Source: Nanopusillaceae archaeon
GTDB taxonomy: Archaea > Nanobdellota > Nanobdellia > Nanobdellales > Nanobdellaceae
DNA: 29,555 nucleotides
Direction: 5' to 3'
Assembly (NCBI GenBank): GCA_038735675.1
Contig: JAVYNJ010000004.1
Coordinates: 1-29,555 of the forward strand
Notes under the pieces: model-generated
Databases searched by the model: none
The model's input: the letters and a program-made list of their open reading frames with translations, nothing else
Told to the model about the DNA's origin: nothing
Shown here: positions 1 to 7,614 of the stretch, in pieces
Layout: each line of letters begins with the position of its first letter
Numbering within the stretch: the first letter of the stretch is position 1
Translations under genes and position numbers: made by a program

Positions 1-285
1 GAAAGACATGTAAATAAAGCAAGAGAAGTTTATAACTTGTTAAAATATTCTTTTAATGCTTATTATGATGATTCTGGAAGTATAGGAAAAAGATATAAAA
101 GACAAGATTCTATAGGTACGCCGTTTTGTATAACAATTGATGAGCAGACATTCTTAGATAATTCTGTTACAATAAGATTTAGAGATACAAAAGAGCAAAT
201 AAGAATAAAAATAGATGAAATTAAAGATTTTTTAAAAGAAAAATTAAGTTTAGATTTTTTAGAAGAAGTTATTAAAGACATGTAG
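1..285 (+). CDS. glyS: Glycine--tRNA ligase, C-terminal fragment (anticodon-binding domain); the 5' end lies outside the window
   Basis: The frame is open from base 1. The sequence [27 protein letters not shown]...[11 protein letters not shown] matches the conserved class II GlyRS anticodon-binding block (SIGKRYRRQDEIGTPF...TVT.RDRD). Confidence 0.7.
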   Translation, partial: ERHVNKAREVYNLLKYSFNAYYDDSGSIGKRYKRQDSIGTPFCITIDEQTFLDNSVTIRFRDTKEQIRIKIDEIKDFLKEKLSLDFLEEVIKDM

Positions 286-327
286 TAACTATTCTTTTTT
301 TAATATCTCAAGAAAATATATTTTAAA

Positions 328-1935
328 ATGAATAAAAAAATAGCGTTCGTATGTATGGAATTTTCTATTGAAAAACTTCCAACATATGCTGGAGGGCTAG
401 GAATACTTGCAGGAGATCTACTTTATACAGCAAATGATTTGGGTATACCGTTTTATGGTGTTACTTTTATAAGTAGAAAAGGATACGTTAAGTATAAAAT
501 AAAAGATAGAGATCTGATCATAGAGACTGAGGATTATGACCCTATAGAATATTTTTCAAAAATCGATGAAACCTATTCAATAAAATTAAAAAATTTAGAA
601 ATAAAATTTGACGTCTGGAAATATTCTTTGCCAAATGCCAAGCTTTATTTAATAGATACAAATAGACCAGATAATCCAGATTGGATAAGAGAATTAACAG
701 ATAGACTATACTTTGAAAAAAATGAGGAAGAAAAATTGCTTAAAGATATTTTATTAGGATTGGGAACATTAGAAATATTTGATAAGCAAGGAATAGAAAT
801 TGATAAATATCATTTGAATGAATCTCATGGTGGATTTTTAGCAATAGAATTATTTAAAAGGTATAATAGTATTGAAGATGTTCGAAAAAAAGTTGTTTTT
901 ACGACCCACTCTATTGTTGCTGGACATGATGAATTTTCTTATGATTTAGTAGAAAAATATTATAATATTCCAGATGAAATAAGAAAAATTTCTCCAAATA
1001 AATTATCTTTAACAAAAGTTTTATTTGAATTATCTGGAAAAAATAATGCGGTATCATGGAAACATAGAGAAGTTACTAAAAAATTATTTGATGTAGATTT
1101 AGATTATATTACAAATGGTGTTTATCATTTTAGGTGGATAAACAGAAAAATGGCAAATTTATACGATATATATTTACCAGGATGGAAAAAAGAACCGGCA
1201 AAATTAGCTTATGCGGATTATATTCCTGATTCAGAGTTTTATAAAGTTAGAAGTATACTTAAAGAAGAATTGATAAACTTCATAAACACAGAATCTTATC
1301 AAAATAAATCTTTTTCTCATGATAGAATATTAATTTCTGTTAGAAGAAGATTAGTAGAATATAAGAGATTTCACATGCCTTTGTGGAGATTAGAATTATT
1401 TGAAGAATTGAATAAAAAATATAAAATACAATTTTTAATATCTGGAGCATTTCATCCTGCAGATACCTACGTTCAAAATACAATAAAATGGATTATTGAT
1501 ATTATGTCTACTTTAAATACACCCATAGCTTTAATACTTAAAAGAGGAATAGAATTAGAAAAGTATATTATTTCTGGAACAGACATATTTTTGCATATTC
1601 CTAGACCACCATTAGAAGCATCTGGAACTTCATGGATGAGAGCAGCAATTAATGGAGTTCCAGTTTTAGCTTCTAGAGATGGTAGCGTAATAGAAGGAAT
1701 TATTGATGGATACAATGGCTGGTTATTTGGAAAAAATAGAATTTATTTAGATGAACCATATAATGAAGATGAAGATGTTTTAGATTTTTATAGAAAACTG
1801 GAAGAAGCTTTTAATTTGTACAGATATGAACATAGAGAGTATTTAAGAATATGTAAAAATGCTATAAAAACTATTGGACCAATATTTAATACTTATAGAG
1901 TTTTAAGAGAATATATTAGAAGAATATACGAATGA
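328..1935 (+). CDS. glgP: Alpha-glucan (glycogen/maltodextrin) phosphorylase family protein (GT35-like), short 535-aa form
   Basis: The N-terminal YAGGLGILAGDLLYTANDLGIPFYGV, the central RRRLVEYKRFHM (YKR motif) and the C-terminal PRPPLEASGTSWMRAAINGVPVLASRDG blocks all match alpha-glucan phosphorylases. The position of the PLP-binding Lys is Arg (see findings). Confidence 0.7.
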   Translation: MNKKIAFVCMEFSIEKLPTYAGGLGILAGDLLYTANDLGIPFYGVTFISRKGYVKYKIKDRDLIIETEDYDPIEYFSKIDETYSIKLKNLEIKFDVWKYSLPNAKLYLIDTNRPDNPDWIRELTDRLYFEKNEEEKLLKDILLGLGTLEIFDKQGIEIDKYHLNESHGGFLAIELFKRYNSIEDVRKKVVFTTHSIVAGHDEFSYDLVEKYYNIPDEIRKISPNKLSLTKVLFELSGKNNAVSWKHREVTKKLFDVDLDYITNGVYHFRWINRKMANLYDIYLPGWKKEPAKLAYADYIPDSEFYKVRSILKEELINFINTESYQNKSFSHDRILISVRRRLVEYKRFHMPLWRLELFEELNKKYKIQFLISGAFHPADTYVQNTIKWIIDIMSTLNTPIALILKRGIELEKYIISGTDIFLHIPRPPLEASGTSWMRAAINGVPVLASRDGSVIEGIIDGYNGWLFGKNRIYLDEPYNEDEDVLDFYRKLEEAFNLYRYEHREYLRICKNAIKTIGPIFNTYRVLREYIRRIYE

Positions 1936-1980
1936 AGAAGGACGAAAACTCTGAAAAGTGATGATGGACCAAAACGCAGA
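1932..1980 (+). ncRNA. C/D-box sRNA unit A (49 nt)
   Basis: Layout: C box AUGAAGA 1932-1938, 12-nt guide, D' CUGA 1951-1954, 3-nt spacer, C' GUGAUGA 1958-1964, 12-nt guide, D CAGA 1977-1980. It is a GC-enriched island in AT-rich DNA. The C box overlaps the TGA stop of the upstream CDS. Confidence 0.6.
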
Positions 1981-2028
1981 TGATGAATTTGCCGAGTTCA
2001 GATCGATGAAGAATTCTACCCATGCTGA
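1981..2028 (+). ncRNA. C/D-box sRNA unit B, fused directly to unit A
   Basis: Layout: C (A)UGAUGA 1980/1981-1986, 12-nt guide atttgccgagtt, D' CAGA 1999-2002, 3-nt spacer, C' AUGAAGA 2006-2012, 12-nt guide, D CUGA 2025-2028. A T7 run at 2036-2042 is a plausible archaeal terminator. The D' guide is complementary to AACUCGGCAAAU, which I recall as a conserved 23S rRNA segment. Confidence 0.6.
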
Positions 2029-2030
2029 AA

Positions 2031-2957
2031 CTAAATTTTTTCTTCTGTGTTAGATAGAATTACAAATGGTTCTGGATTTACATATTTTCTAAACCATCCA
2101 ACAAAAATTATAGAAGGAACATAATCTCTTAATGTACAAGATCCATCAAATGGCCATGTCCTTGCGCTGTCTGAATAATATGTGCACATTGTGTTAGAAA
2201 TATTTACAAGTTTTCTATACATTCCTCCTCCAGAAACCCATGAATTTGTATCCCTAGATAAATCCAATAAAAGATTTAAAGAGTGATTTGTCCAAATTAT
2301 TTGTGGATTTAAACTTAAATTAACAATTGTTCCAGCTGTTGGTCTCCCCAAATTAATAGGTCCAAAAACTAAAATCCATCCAGTAGTTGTAAAGGTGTTT
2401 GTAAGTTGAGTTCTATTAGTTAATTGATATCTTACTCTATAGTTATCTAAATCTCTTCCTGGTTGTTGATATACGCGAATTCTTAACATAGTTATGTTTA
2501 CAGGAACTAGATCACCAAAATCAGAAGGTCTAATTAATATTTCATTTCTTGCATCATGATAGTATGTGTTGAAAGTATCTTCTGGATTAGATGATCTAAA
2601 GCCCCACGTTGTATTAGGAACGTTTGGAAATATTTCTCATTCAGTCCAAATAAATACTTTAGAAATATCACTTAAACTTGTAGCATCAGGATTTCCATAA
2701 TATAAGTAAATTGTTTTATTTGAAAATGCGGTTAAATTAACTCTCACCCAAATTCTTGTATTATCGGTATTGCATCCACTTTCTATCCAATAGTTTAATA
2801 AAGTTAATCCATCTGAATCCGTAAATCTTATATCACCACAATCCGATCTCATTTTTCCTTGAGAAATCAAAGTTTGTGTATCCAATATAATTAAAACTTG
2901 ATAATCTATCAAATTTTGAACAGATCTTTCTAAAATATATATTGGAGTTCTAAAATT
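2031..2957 (-). pseudogene. DUF2341 (concanavalin/LamG-like lectin fold) protein, interrupted by one in-frame TGA and lacking an ATG start
   Basis: The sequence FRTPIYI...LIDYQVLIILDTQTLISQGKMRSDCGDIRFTDSDGLTLLNYWIE...IWVRV...IYLYYGN is the DUF2341 signature. ORFs 2637-2912 and 2031-2489 are in the same frame. The 147 nt between them (2490-2636) are open. The only interruption is TGA at 2637-2639. Confidence 0.55.
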
Positions 2958-2969
2958 CTATGGTTCTAA

Positions 2970-3416
2970 CTATGGTCTTTCTAATACTTCAGAAAAAAAT
3001 ATTGCTTTTTCAAATTTTTTTCCATTACAACTTATAATCTCAATTTTATTCCAACCATTTTTAATATTATCTAGTCTTATTCTTGCAATTTCAGATGGAT
3101 TTAATAAATTGTCTTTTAGAATTTCTTCTATTTCGTATGAAAAATTTATTAAATTACCATTTACATAAACTTTAAAACAACTTAAATCTAAAGAAAGTTT
3201 TCCAATATTTTTTATTTTTATTTCTGGTAAACTTATTTTATCATCTAAAATTTCAATTATTTCAAATGTAGATTTTTCATATTTTTGTATGTTTTTTAAA
3301 ATGATATTTGCCAGATTGTTTATATTGTAATTTAAGTAAAATAAAAAAATAGAAATTGCTATTAAAAAGAATAAAAAACTAAAAGCAGTTCCAATAATAA
3401 TTGAATTTGTTTTCAT
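2970..3416 (-). CDS. FlaF/FlaG-like protein (N-terminal TM helix plus beta-sandwich-like domain)
   Basis: It has an N-terminal hydrophobic helix (IIIGTAFSFLFFLIAISIFLFYL). The motif IKIKNIGKLSLDLSCFKVYVNGNLI resembles the V.N.G...L......V.G block of archaellum FlaF/FlaG proteins. Its start overlaps the upstream gene by 4 nt. Confidence 0.45.
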   Translation of the reverse strand: MKTNSIIIGTAFSFLFFLIAISIFLFYLNYNINNLANIILKNIQKYEKSTFEIIEILDDKISLPEIKIKNIGKLSLDLSCFKVYVNGNLINFSYEIEEILKDNLLNPSEIARIRLDNIKNGWNKIEIISCNGKKFEKAIFFSEVLERP

Positions 3417-3871
3417 GTTAAGCTACAAGTATTATTATAGATATAAACTATTTTTTCATCATAAGACCCAACATTTGAAACTACTTTTACAGAATATATT
3501 CCATCAGATAAATTAAAAACAGATATTTTTAATGTTTCATGTTTATGCCATGCAGAATCATTAAAAATCTTATATGCAAAAGATATGGATATTTCGCTAT
3601 ATCTACCATTAATAAAAAATTTTGTTAAGTTCGGATTTAGGATAGTGTTTCCTCTATTTGTTACATAAAATGATACAACTCCATTTTCATAAGAACAAGA
3701 ATCAATGTCAATTACAGATTGTAATCTATCAGAAATTATTTTTTCTCTACTTATTATTGCTCCCTGTATTTCTGCTATATTTTTGAACAATCCAGAAGCA
3801 AGTAAATATACGGCAACTATAGTAACTATGAAAAGTAAGACATATGATATTACAGTTGCAATTCCTTTCAT
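3413..3871 (-). CDS. FlaG/FlaF-like protein with a class III (prepilin-like) signal peptide
   Basis: MKG|IATVISYVLLFIVTIVAV resembles archaeal KG|(V/I)(S/A)(P/T)VIATVLL prepilin-type N-termini. SFYVTNRGNTILNPNLTKFFINGRY matches the FlaF/FlaG-type beta-domain motif. Confidence 0.5.
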   Translation of the reverse strand: MKGIATVISYVLLFIVTIVAVYLLASGLFKNIAEIQGAIISREKIISDRLQSVIDIDSCSYENGVVSFYVTNRGNTILNPNLTKFFINGRYSEISISFAYKIFNDSAWHKHETLKISVFNLSDGIYSVKVVSNVGSYDEKIVYIYNNTCSLT

Positions 3872-3907
3872 AAAATAAAATTATTTTTTAGAAACTTTAT
3901 TTATTAT

Positions 3908-3979
3908 GGGCCCGTAGTCTAGCGGTAGGATTCCGGCCTCGCTAGCCGGAGGTCCCGGGTTCAAATCCCGGCGGGTCCA
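3908..3979 (+). tRNA. tRNA-Ala (anticodon CGC)
   Basis: Hand-folded cloverleaf: acceptor GGGCCCG/CGGGTCC with the G3:U70 alanine identity pair, anticodon stem CCGGC/GCCGG, loop CTCGCTA, T arm CCGGG-TTCAAAT-CCCGG, discriminator A. No CCA is encoded. Position 37 is T, which is unusual. Confidence 0.85.
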
Positions 3980-4017
3980 ATTTTTAATAATATTGACTTA
4001 CAATTAGAATATATAAC

Positions 4018-4088
4018 GCGCCGGTCGTCTAGTGGTAGGATGCGGGCCTTCCAAGCCCGTGACCCGGGTTCAAATCCCGGCCGGCGCA
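4018..4088 (+). tRNA. tRNA-Gly (anticodon UCC)
   Basis: Cloverleaf: acceptor GCGCCGG/CCGGCGC, anticodon stem CGGGC/GCCCG, loop CTTCCAA, T arm CCGGG-TTCAAAT-CCCGG, discriminator A. No CCA is encoded. Confidence 0.9.
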
Positions 4089-4091
4089 ATC

Positions 4092-4679
4092 TTAAATTAA
4101 AAAAGAAATAAGATGTCTTAAAACATTATCTAGATCTTTATGATATTTTTTATAATACTTTATATACATTATTGTTTTTTTATCCAATTCTTTTGGTAAA
4201 AAAGATTTTATTTTGTCATAGTCCCCTTCTATAATAGCTTTTCTTATGTAGCTAGAGTTTAAAATATTGGTTTTTTTCTCATAATAAACATTTATATGCA
4301 ATGAATATAATCTTGCTATTAGAGAAACTATTTTGTATGCTAGAAATCTATCTAAATCTCTAGTATAAATCAAAAATTCTTTCTCTCCAGTAGATTTTAA
4401 AATATTCAAAAATTTTATGAGTAGTTTTTTATCTAAGACATTTATAGGTAAAATATAATATTTTCTATGATCTATATAATTTTCTAGAATAGAAGAGATG
4501 TATTTATATCTATAGTTAATTGGAATTGGATTTTTTGGTGATAAAATTTCTTTTTCATCTTTTTGAAGATATGTGGGTATTACTAGAACTAAATCAGTTT
4601 TATTAGATAATTTTAGTATTGTCTCTAAATGTTGTTTATGGAATGGCTGAAACTTCCCGATGAAGATACCTACTACCAT
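4092..4679 (-). CDS. nadM: Nicotinamide-nucleotide adenylyltransferase-like cytidylyltransferase-family protein (archaeal NadM type)
   Basis: GIFIGKFQPFHKQHLETILKL matches the archaeal NMNAT motif G(R)FQPFHKGHLEVIKK, with HxGH appearing here as HKQH. The C-terminal SSYIRKAI matches the SGTEIRRR motif. Confidence 0.6.
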   Translation of the reverse strand: MVVGIFIGKFQPFHKQHLETILKLSNKTDLVLVIPTYLQKDEKEILSPKNPIPINYRYKYISSILENYIDHRKYYILPINVLDKKLLIKFLNILKSTGEKEFLIYTRDLDRFLAYKIVSLIARLYSLHINVYYEKKTNILNSSYIRKAIIEGDYDKIKSFLPKELDKKTIMYIKYYKKYHKDLDNVLRHLISFLI

Positions 4680-4696
4680 CTCTTCTAAGTAATTAC

Positions 4697-4712
4697 AAAT
4701 TTTATATATATT
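4697..4712 (+). promoter_or_regulatory. Putative TATA box for the ATPase operon (a short or absent leader is implied)
   Basis: The sequence tttatatata at 4701-4710 lies about 26-35 nt upstream of the ATG at 4736, inside the 56-nt divergent spacer. Specificity is low in such AT-rich DNA. Confidence 0.3.
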
Positions 4713-4735
4713 GTTAAAGATGTTTAAAATATTTT

Positions 4736-6046
4736 ATGGATATTATAATAGGAAGAACTCAGGATGAAATTGAAAAATATGGTAAAGAAGGGACAATTTT
4801 TATCGGAAAAGAATATATAAAGATGGAAAATGCTCTTTCTCTTGCAAATGAAGTTTATTTAGATGTCAATTTTCCACATATAATTTTAATTGTTGGAAAG
4901 AGAGGGCAAGGAAAATCTTATACATTATCTTCAATTATAGAAGGAATATCTCTGTTAGACTATTCATATAGAAAAAATATAGTCAATTTAGTTTTTGATA
5001 CAATGGGAATATTTTGGACAATGAAATTTCCGAACTATAGGGAAGCAGAATTATTAGAAAGATGGAATATGAAACCAAAAGCATTAGATAATGCAAAAAT
5101 ATATGTACCTGAAGGAATTTATGAAAAATACGAAGATTTAAAAATCCCTGTTGATGATACCTTTACTATTAATCCGCATGATTTATCAGAAATCGATTGG
5201 ACATTGGTTTTTAATTTAAATCCAATATCATTGAAAGCAGCATATTTGCAAAGAATAATTAGAGAGCTTAAAAGAAGAAATGAGGATTATTCTATAGAAA
5301 ATATAATCAATTATATTGAGAAAAAAAGTTTAGATCCAAAAATAAAAGAAATTTTGATAAATTATTTTGAAAATGCAAATTCCTGGGGATTGTTCTCGGA
5401 AAAAGCTACACAATTGAAGAAAATTTTAACTCCTGGAGATGTAATAATATTAGATATTTCTTTATATACTACAATACTGGGTGGATGGTCTGTTAAAAAT
5501 TTAGTAATTGGATTAATCTCTAAAAAAATATTTTATGAAAGATTACTTTGGAGAAAAAAAGAAGAATTAGAAGAAGCATACTTGGGATTTGAAATTAGAG
5601 ATAGAGAAATGCCTCTCATTTGGATATATATAGATGAAGCACATGAAGCCATTCCAAAAGATAGTATTACTCCTGCTACAGAACCATTGTTACAGATAAT
5701 AAGAGAGGGCAGACAACCAGGAATATCGTTAGTTTTGGCAACGCAACAACCAGGAAAATTATTAATTGATGCAATTTCTCAGTCTGATATAGTTATATCC
5801 CATAGAGTTACTGCAAAAAGCGATATAGATGCTCTTAATGAAGTTATGAAAAATTTTACAGCTCAGGATATTGAAATATATATGAATGAAAATCTTCCAA
5901 AAAGAAAAGGGGCAGCAATAGTATTAGATGATAAATCAGAAAGAATATATCCAGTTCAAATAAAACCAAGATTTTCTTGGCATGGAGGTCAAGATGCTCA
6001 GTTAATTAGAAAAAGAATATGGTTAGAGGAATATTCAAAAAAATAG
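4736..6046 (+). CDS. HerA/FtsK-superfamily P-loop ATPase (DUF87-type)
   Basis: Walker A is HIILIVGKRGQGKSYT. Walker B is LIWIYIDEAHEAIP. The block GISLVLATQQPGKLLIDAISQSDIVISHRV is typical of HerA/VirB4/FtsK-class ATPases. No PilB/FlaI-type motifs are present. Confidence 0.7.
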   Translation: MDIIIGRTQDEIEKYGKEGTIFIGKEYIKMENALSLANEVYLDVNFPHIILIVGKRGQGKSYTLSSIIEGISLLDYSYRKNIVNLVFDTMGIFWTMKFPNYREAELLERWNMKPKALDNAKIYVPEGIYEKYEDLKIPVDDTFTINPHDLSEIDWTLVFNLNPISLKAAYLQRIIRELKRRNEDYSIENIINYIEKKSLDPKIKEILINYFENANSWGLFSEKATQLKKILTPGDVIILDISLYTTILGGWSVKNLVIGLISKKIFYERLLWRKKEELEEAYLGFEIRDREMPLIWIYIDEAHEAIPKDSITPATEPLLQIIREGRQPGISLVLATQQPGKLLIDAISQSDIVISHRVTAKSDIDALNEVMKNFTAQDIEIYMNENLPKRKGAAIVLDDKSERIYPVQIKPRFSWHGGQDAQLIRKRIWLEEYSKK

Positions 6047-7614
6047 AAGGAATAATATCTCTAGTTGTATTTATTTTATTTTTGATTTTTTATTTTAACG
6101 TTTATGATATTACGATATTTAATGATTCTAATAATGAAATTTACAGAAAAATACAAACCATAGAAGAAATTTATAATAAGCTAAAAAAAGAAGGATATAT
6201 TGTTAGTTTTAGAGTTTATATATCAAAATATTCTAAAGAAATTTTGTGTAATTTAAATAACGAAGAATTAAGAAAAGAACTTTGTTACAATCATCCTTTT
6301 TTTATTCCAATAAATCTTAGTTTTTTATTAAAAAATGATGGAATATTAAGTAATACAAATAATACTCTTTTTAAAAAAGACCTTGGAGGATTTGTATATC
6401 TAAATTTATCTTCTTTTGAATGTGAAGAAGAAGAGTATATTTTAATTGAAGTAAAAGGTCCAATAAATTCTCCAAAAATTGTATTTGTTACAACTCCAAC
6501 TATTTACTATTGGTTAAATAGTGGTTTTAATGTAACAGTAGAATCTAATGTAGAGGCAGAATTTAGTTATTGTTATTTATCGGAAAATGGAACATGTTTA
6601 GAATCTAATACTGGAAAATCTTATGGTATAATAATAAAAATAGATTATCTTACATCAGAAAAAGCAATTTTTAATGTTTCAAAAGGTATTAATGGAAATG
6701 CAGAAGCCTTTAATATTCAAAATTTAGATTATTTTCAATATAAAATAATTTTTGAGCCAAAATGTTATTTAGATATGGAATTTTTAGTATCTGAAAATAT
6801 ATATTATGATTTTCAAGACTATATGAATTTAAAGTGTTCAAATTATTTTATGAGTAATTCTAAAATATATTATGACTTTCAAAACAAGATTTTAATAGAG
6901 GTATATTACAAGTTATCTCTTTATAGAGAAGCTCTTCTATCCAATCCAAATATAAAAAATGTTGGAATAGCATGTATACAATACTATAAGGAATTTAACA
7001 ATAGTATATTTAATGTTTATAGAGTTTTATTTTCAAATAGTTCCTGGTTTTTTGAAATAGCAGAATATAATATTTCTAATTTAAATCAGCAGTTTAATTT
7101 ATTCAACTGGTCTTTTAGATTTTCTAGTTTTATTCCAGATGAGTACTTTAATTTTACAAACTTTGAAAACTTCAAAAATAAAAACATATTCACAAATAAA
7201 ATAATGCTTCGAAAATTGAGTAATTCTTATTGTAAATACGTTTTATTGTTTTTTGATGATATTTACAACACTACTTTTTACGGAAATAAAACAGCAAATG
7301 TAATCATATTAAGTGATCAAAATTTCTTAAGACCGAGAATACATTATTTTTGTATTAATCAAACAATGGACAATCTAGCTATTGATGTATATTACGGTTA
7401 TTCTATGCCCATGTACGAGCTAAAATACATTAATAAAGTATATTATATAGATATAAAAGATTTAGAAGAAGACGATAAAACATCTTTTTATTTGAAAAAT
7501 TTAAATATTTCTGTTGGAAATAAAGTAAATAAACCATACTCTAAAGGATATAATGTTTATATTAAATATAACAATAAGCTAATAGAGGATTATTTAATAA
7601 TTTACATAAAATGA
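6019..7614 (+). CDS. Large membrane-anchored or secreted Asn/Tyr/Phe-rich protein of unknown function
   Basis: The N-terminus MVRGIFKKIEG-IISLVVFILFLIFYF is a single hydrophobic helix. There are more than 12 N-x-S/T sequons and several Cys. An internal repeat (N/K)IYYDFQ(D/N) occurs twice, about 23 aa apart. It overlaps the ATPase gene by 28 nt. Confidence 0.5.
   Translation: MVRGIFKKIEGIISLVVFILFLIFYFNVYDITIFNDSNNEIYRKIQTIEEIYNKLKKEGYIVSFRVYISKYSKEILCNLNNEELRKELCYNHPFFIPINLSFLLKNDGILSNTNNTLFKKDLGGFVYLNLSSFECEEEEYILIEVKGPINSPKIVFVTTPTIYYWLNSGFNVTVESNVEAEFSYCYLSENGTCLESNTGKSYGIIIKIDYLTSEKAIFNVSKGINGNAEAFNIQNLDYFQYKIIFEPKCYLDMEFLVSENIYYDFQDYMNLKCSNYFMSNSKIYYDFQNKILIEVYYKLSLYREALLSNPNIKNVGIACIQYYKEFNNSIFNVYRVLFSNSSWFFEIAEYNISNLNQQFNLFNWSFRFSSFIPDEYFNFTNFENFKNKNIFTNKIMLRKLSNSYCKYVLLFFDDIYNTTFYGNKTANVIILSDQNFLRPRIHYFCINQTMDNLAIDVYYGYSMPMYELKYINKVYYIDIKDLEEDDKTSFYLKNLNISVGNKVNKPYSKGYNVYIKYNNKLIEDYLIIYIK

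Noticed and set aside
1932-2028. The locus might be a single ~97-nt C/D RNA in which the outermost boxes pair (C at 1932 with D at 2025).
   Set aside because: That model leaves CAGA (1977-1980) and UGAUGA (1981-1986) adjacent with no loop, so they cannot form a K-loop. It also breaks the UGAUGA/CUGA versus UGAAGA/CAGA covariation. The stand-alone unit at 20133-20181 shows that the 49-nt unit is autonomous. A dicistronic precursor is still possible.
2637-2639. The in-frame TGA in the DUF2341 gene might be evidence for genome-wide UGA reassignment or selenocysteine.
   Set aside because: TGA clearly terminates well-conserved genes in this same window, for example the phosphorylase at 1933-1935, L37Ae at 9659-9661 and RpoP at 9796-9798. 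I see no SECIS-like element or selenoprotein context. A local pseudogene, read-through or sequencing error is more parsimonious.
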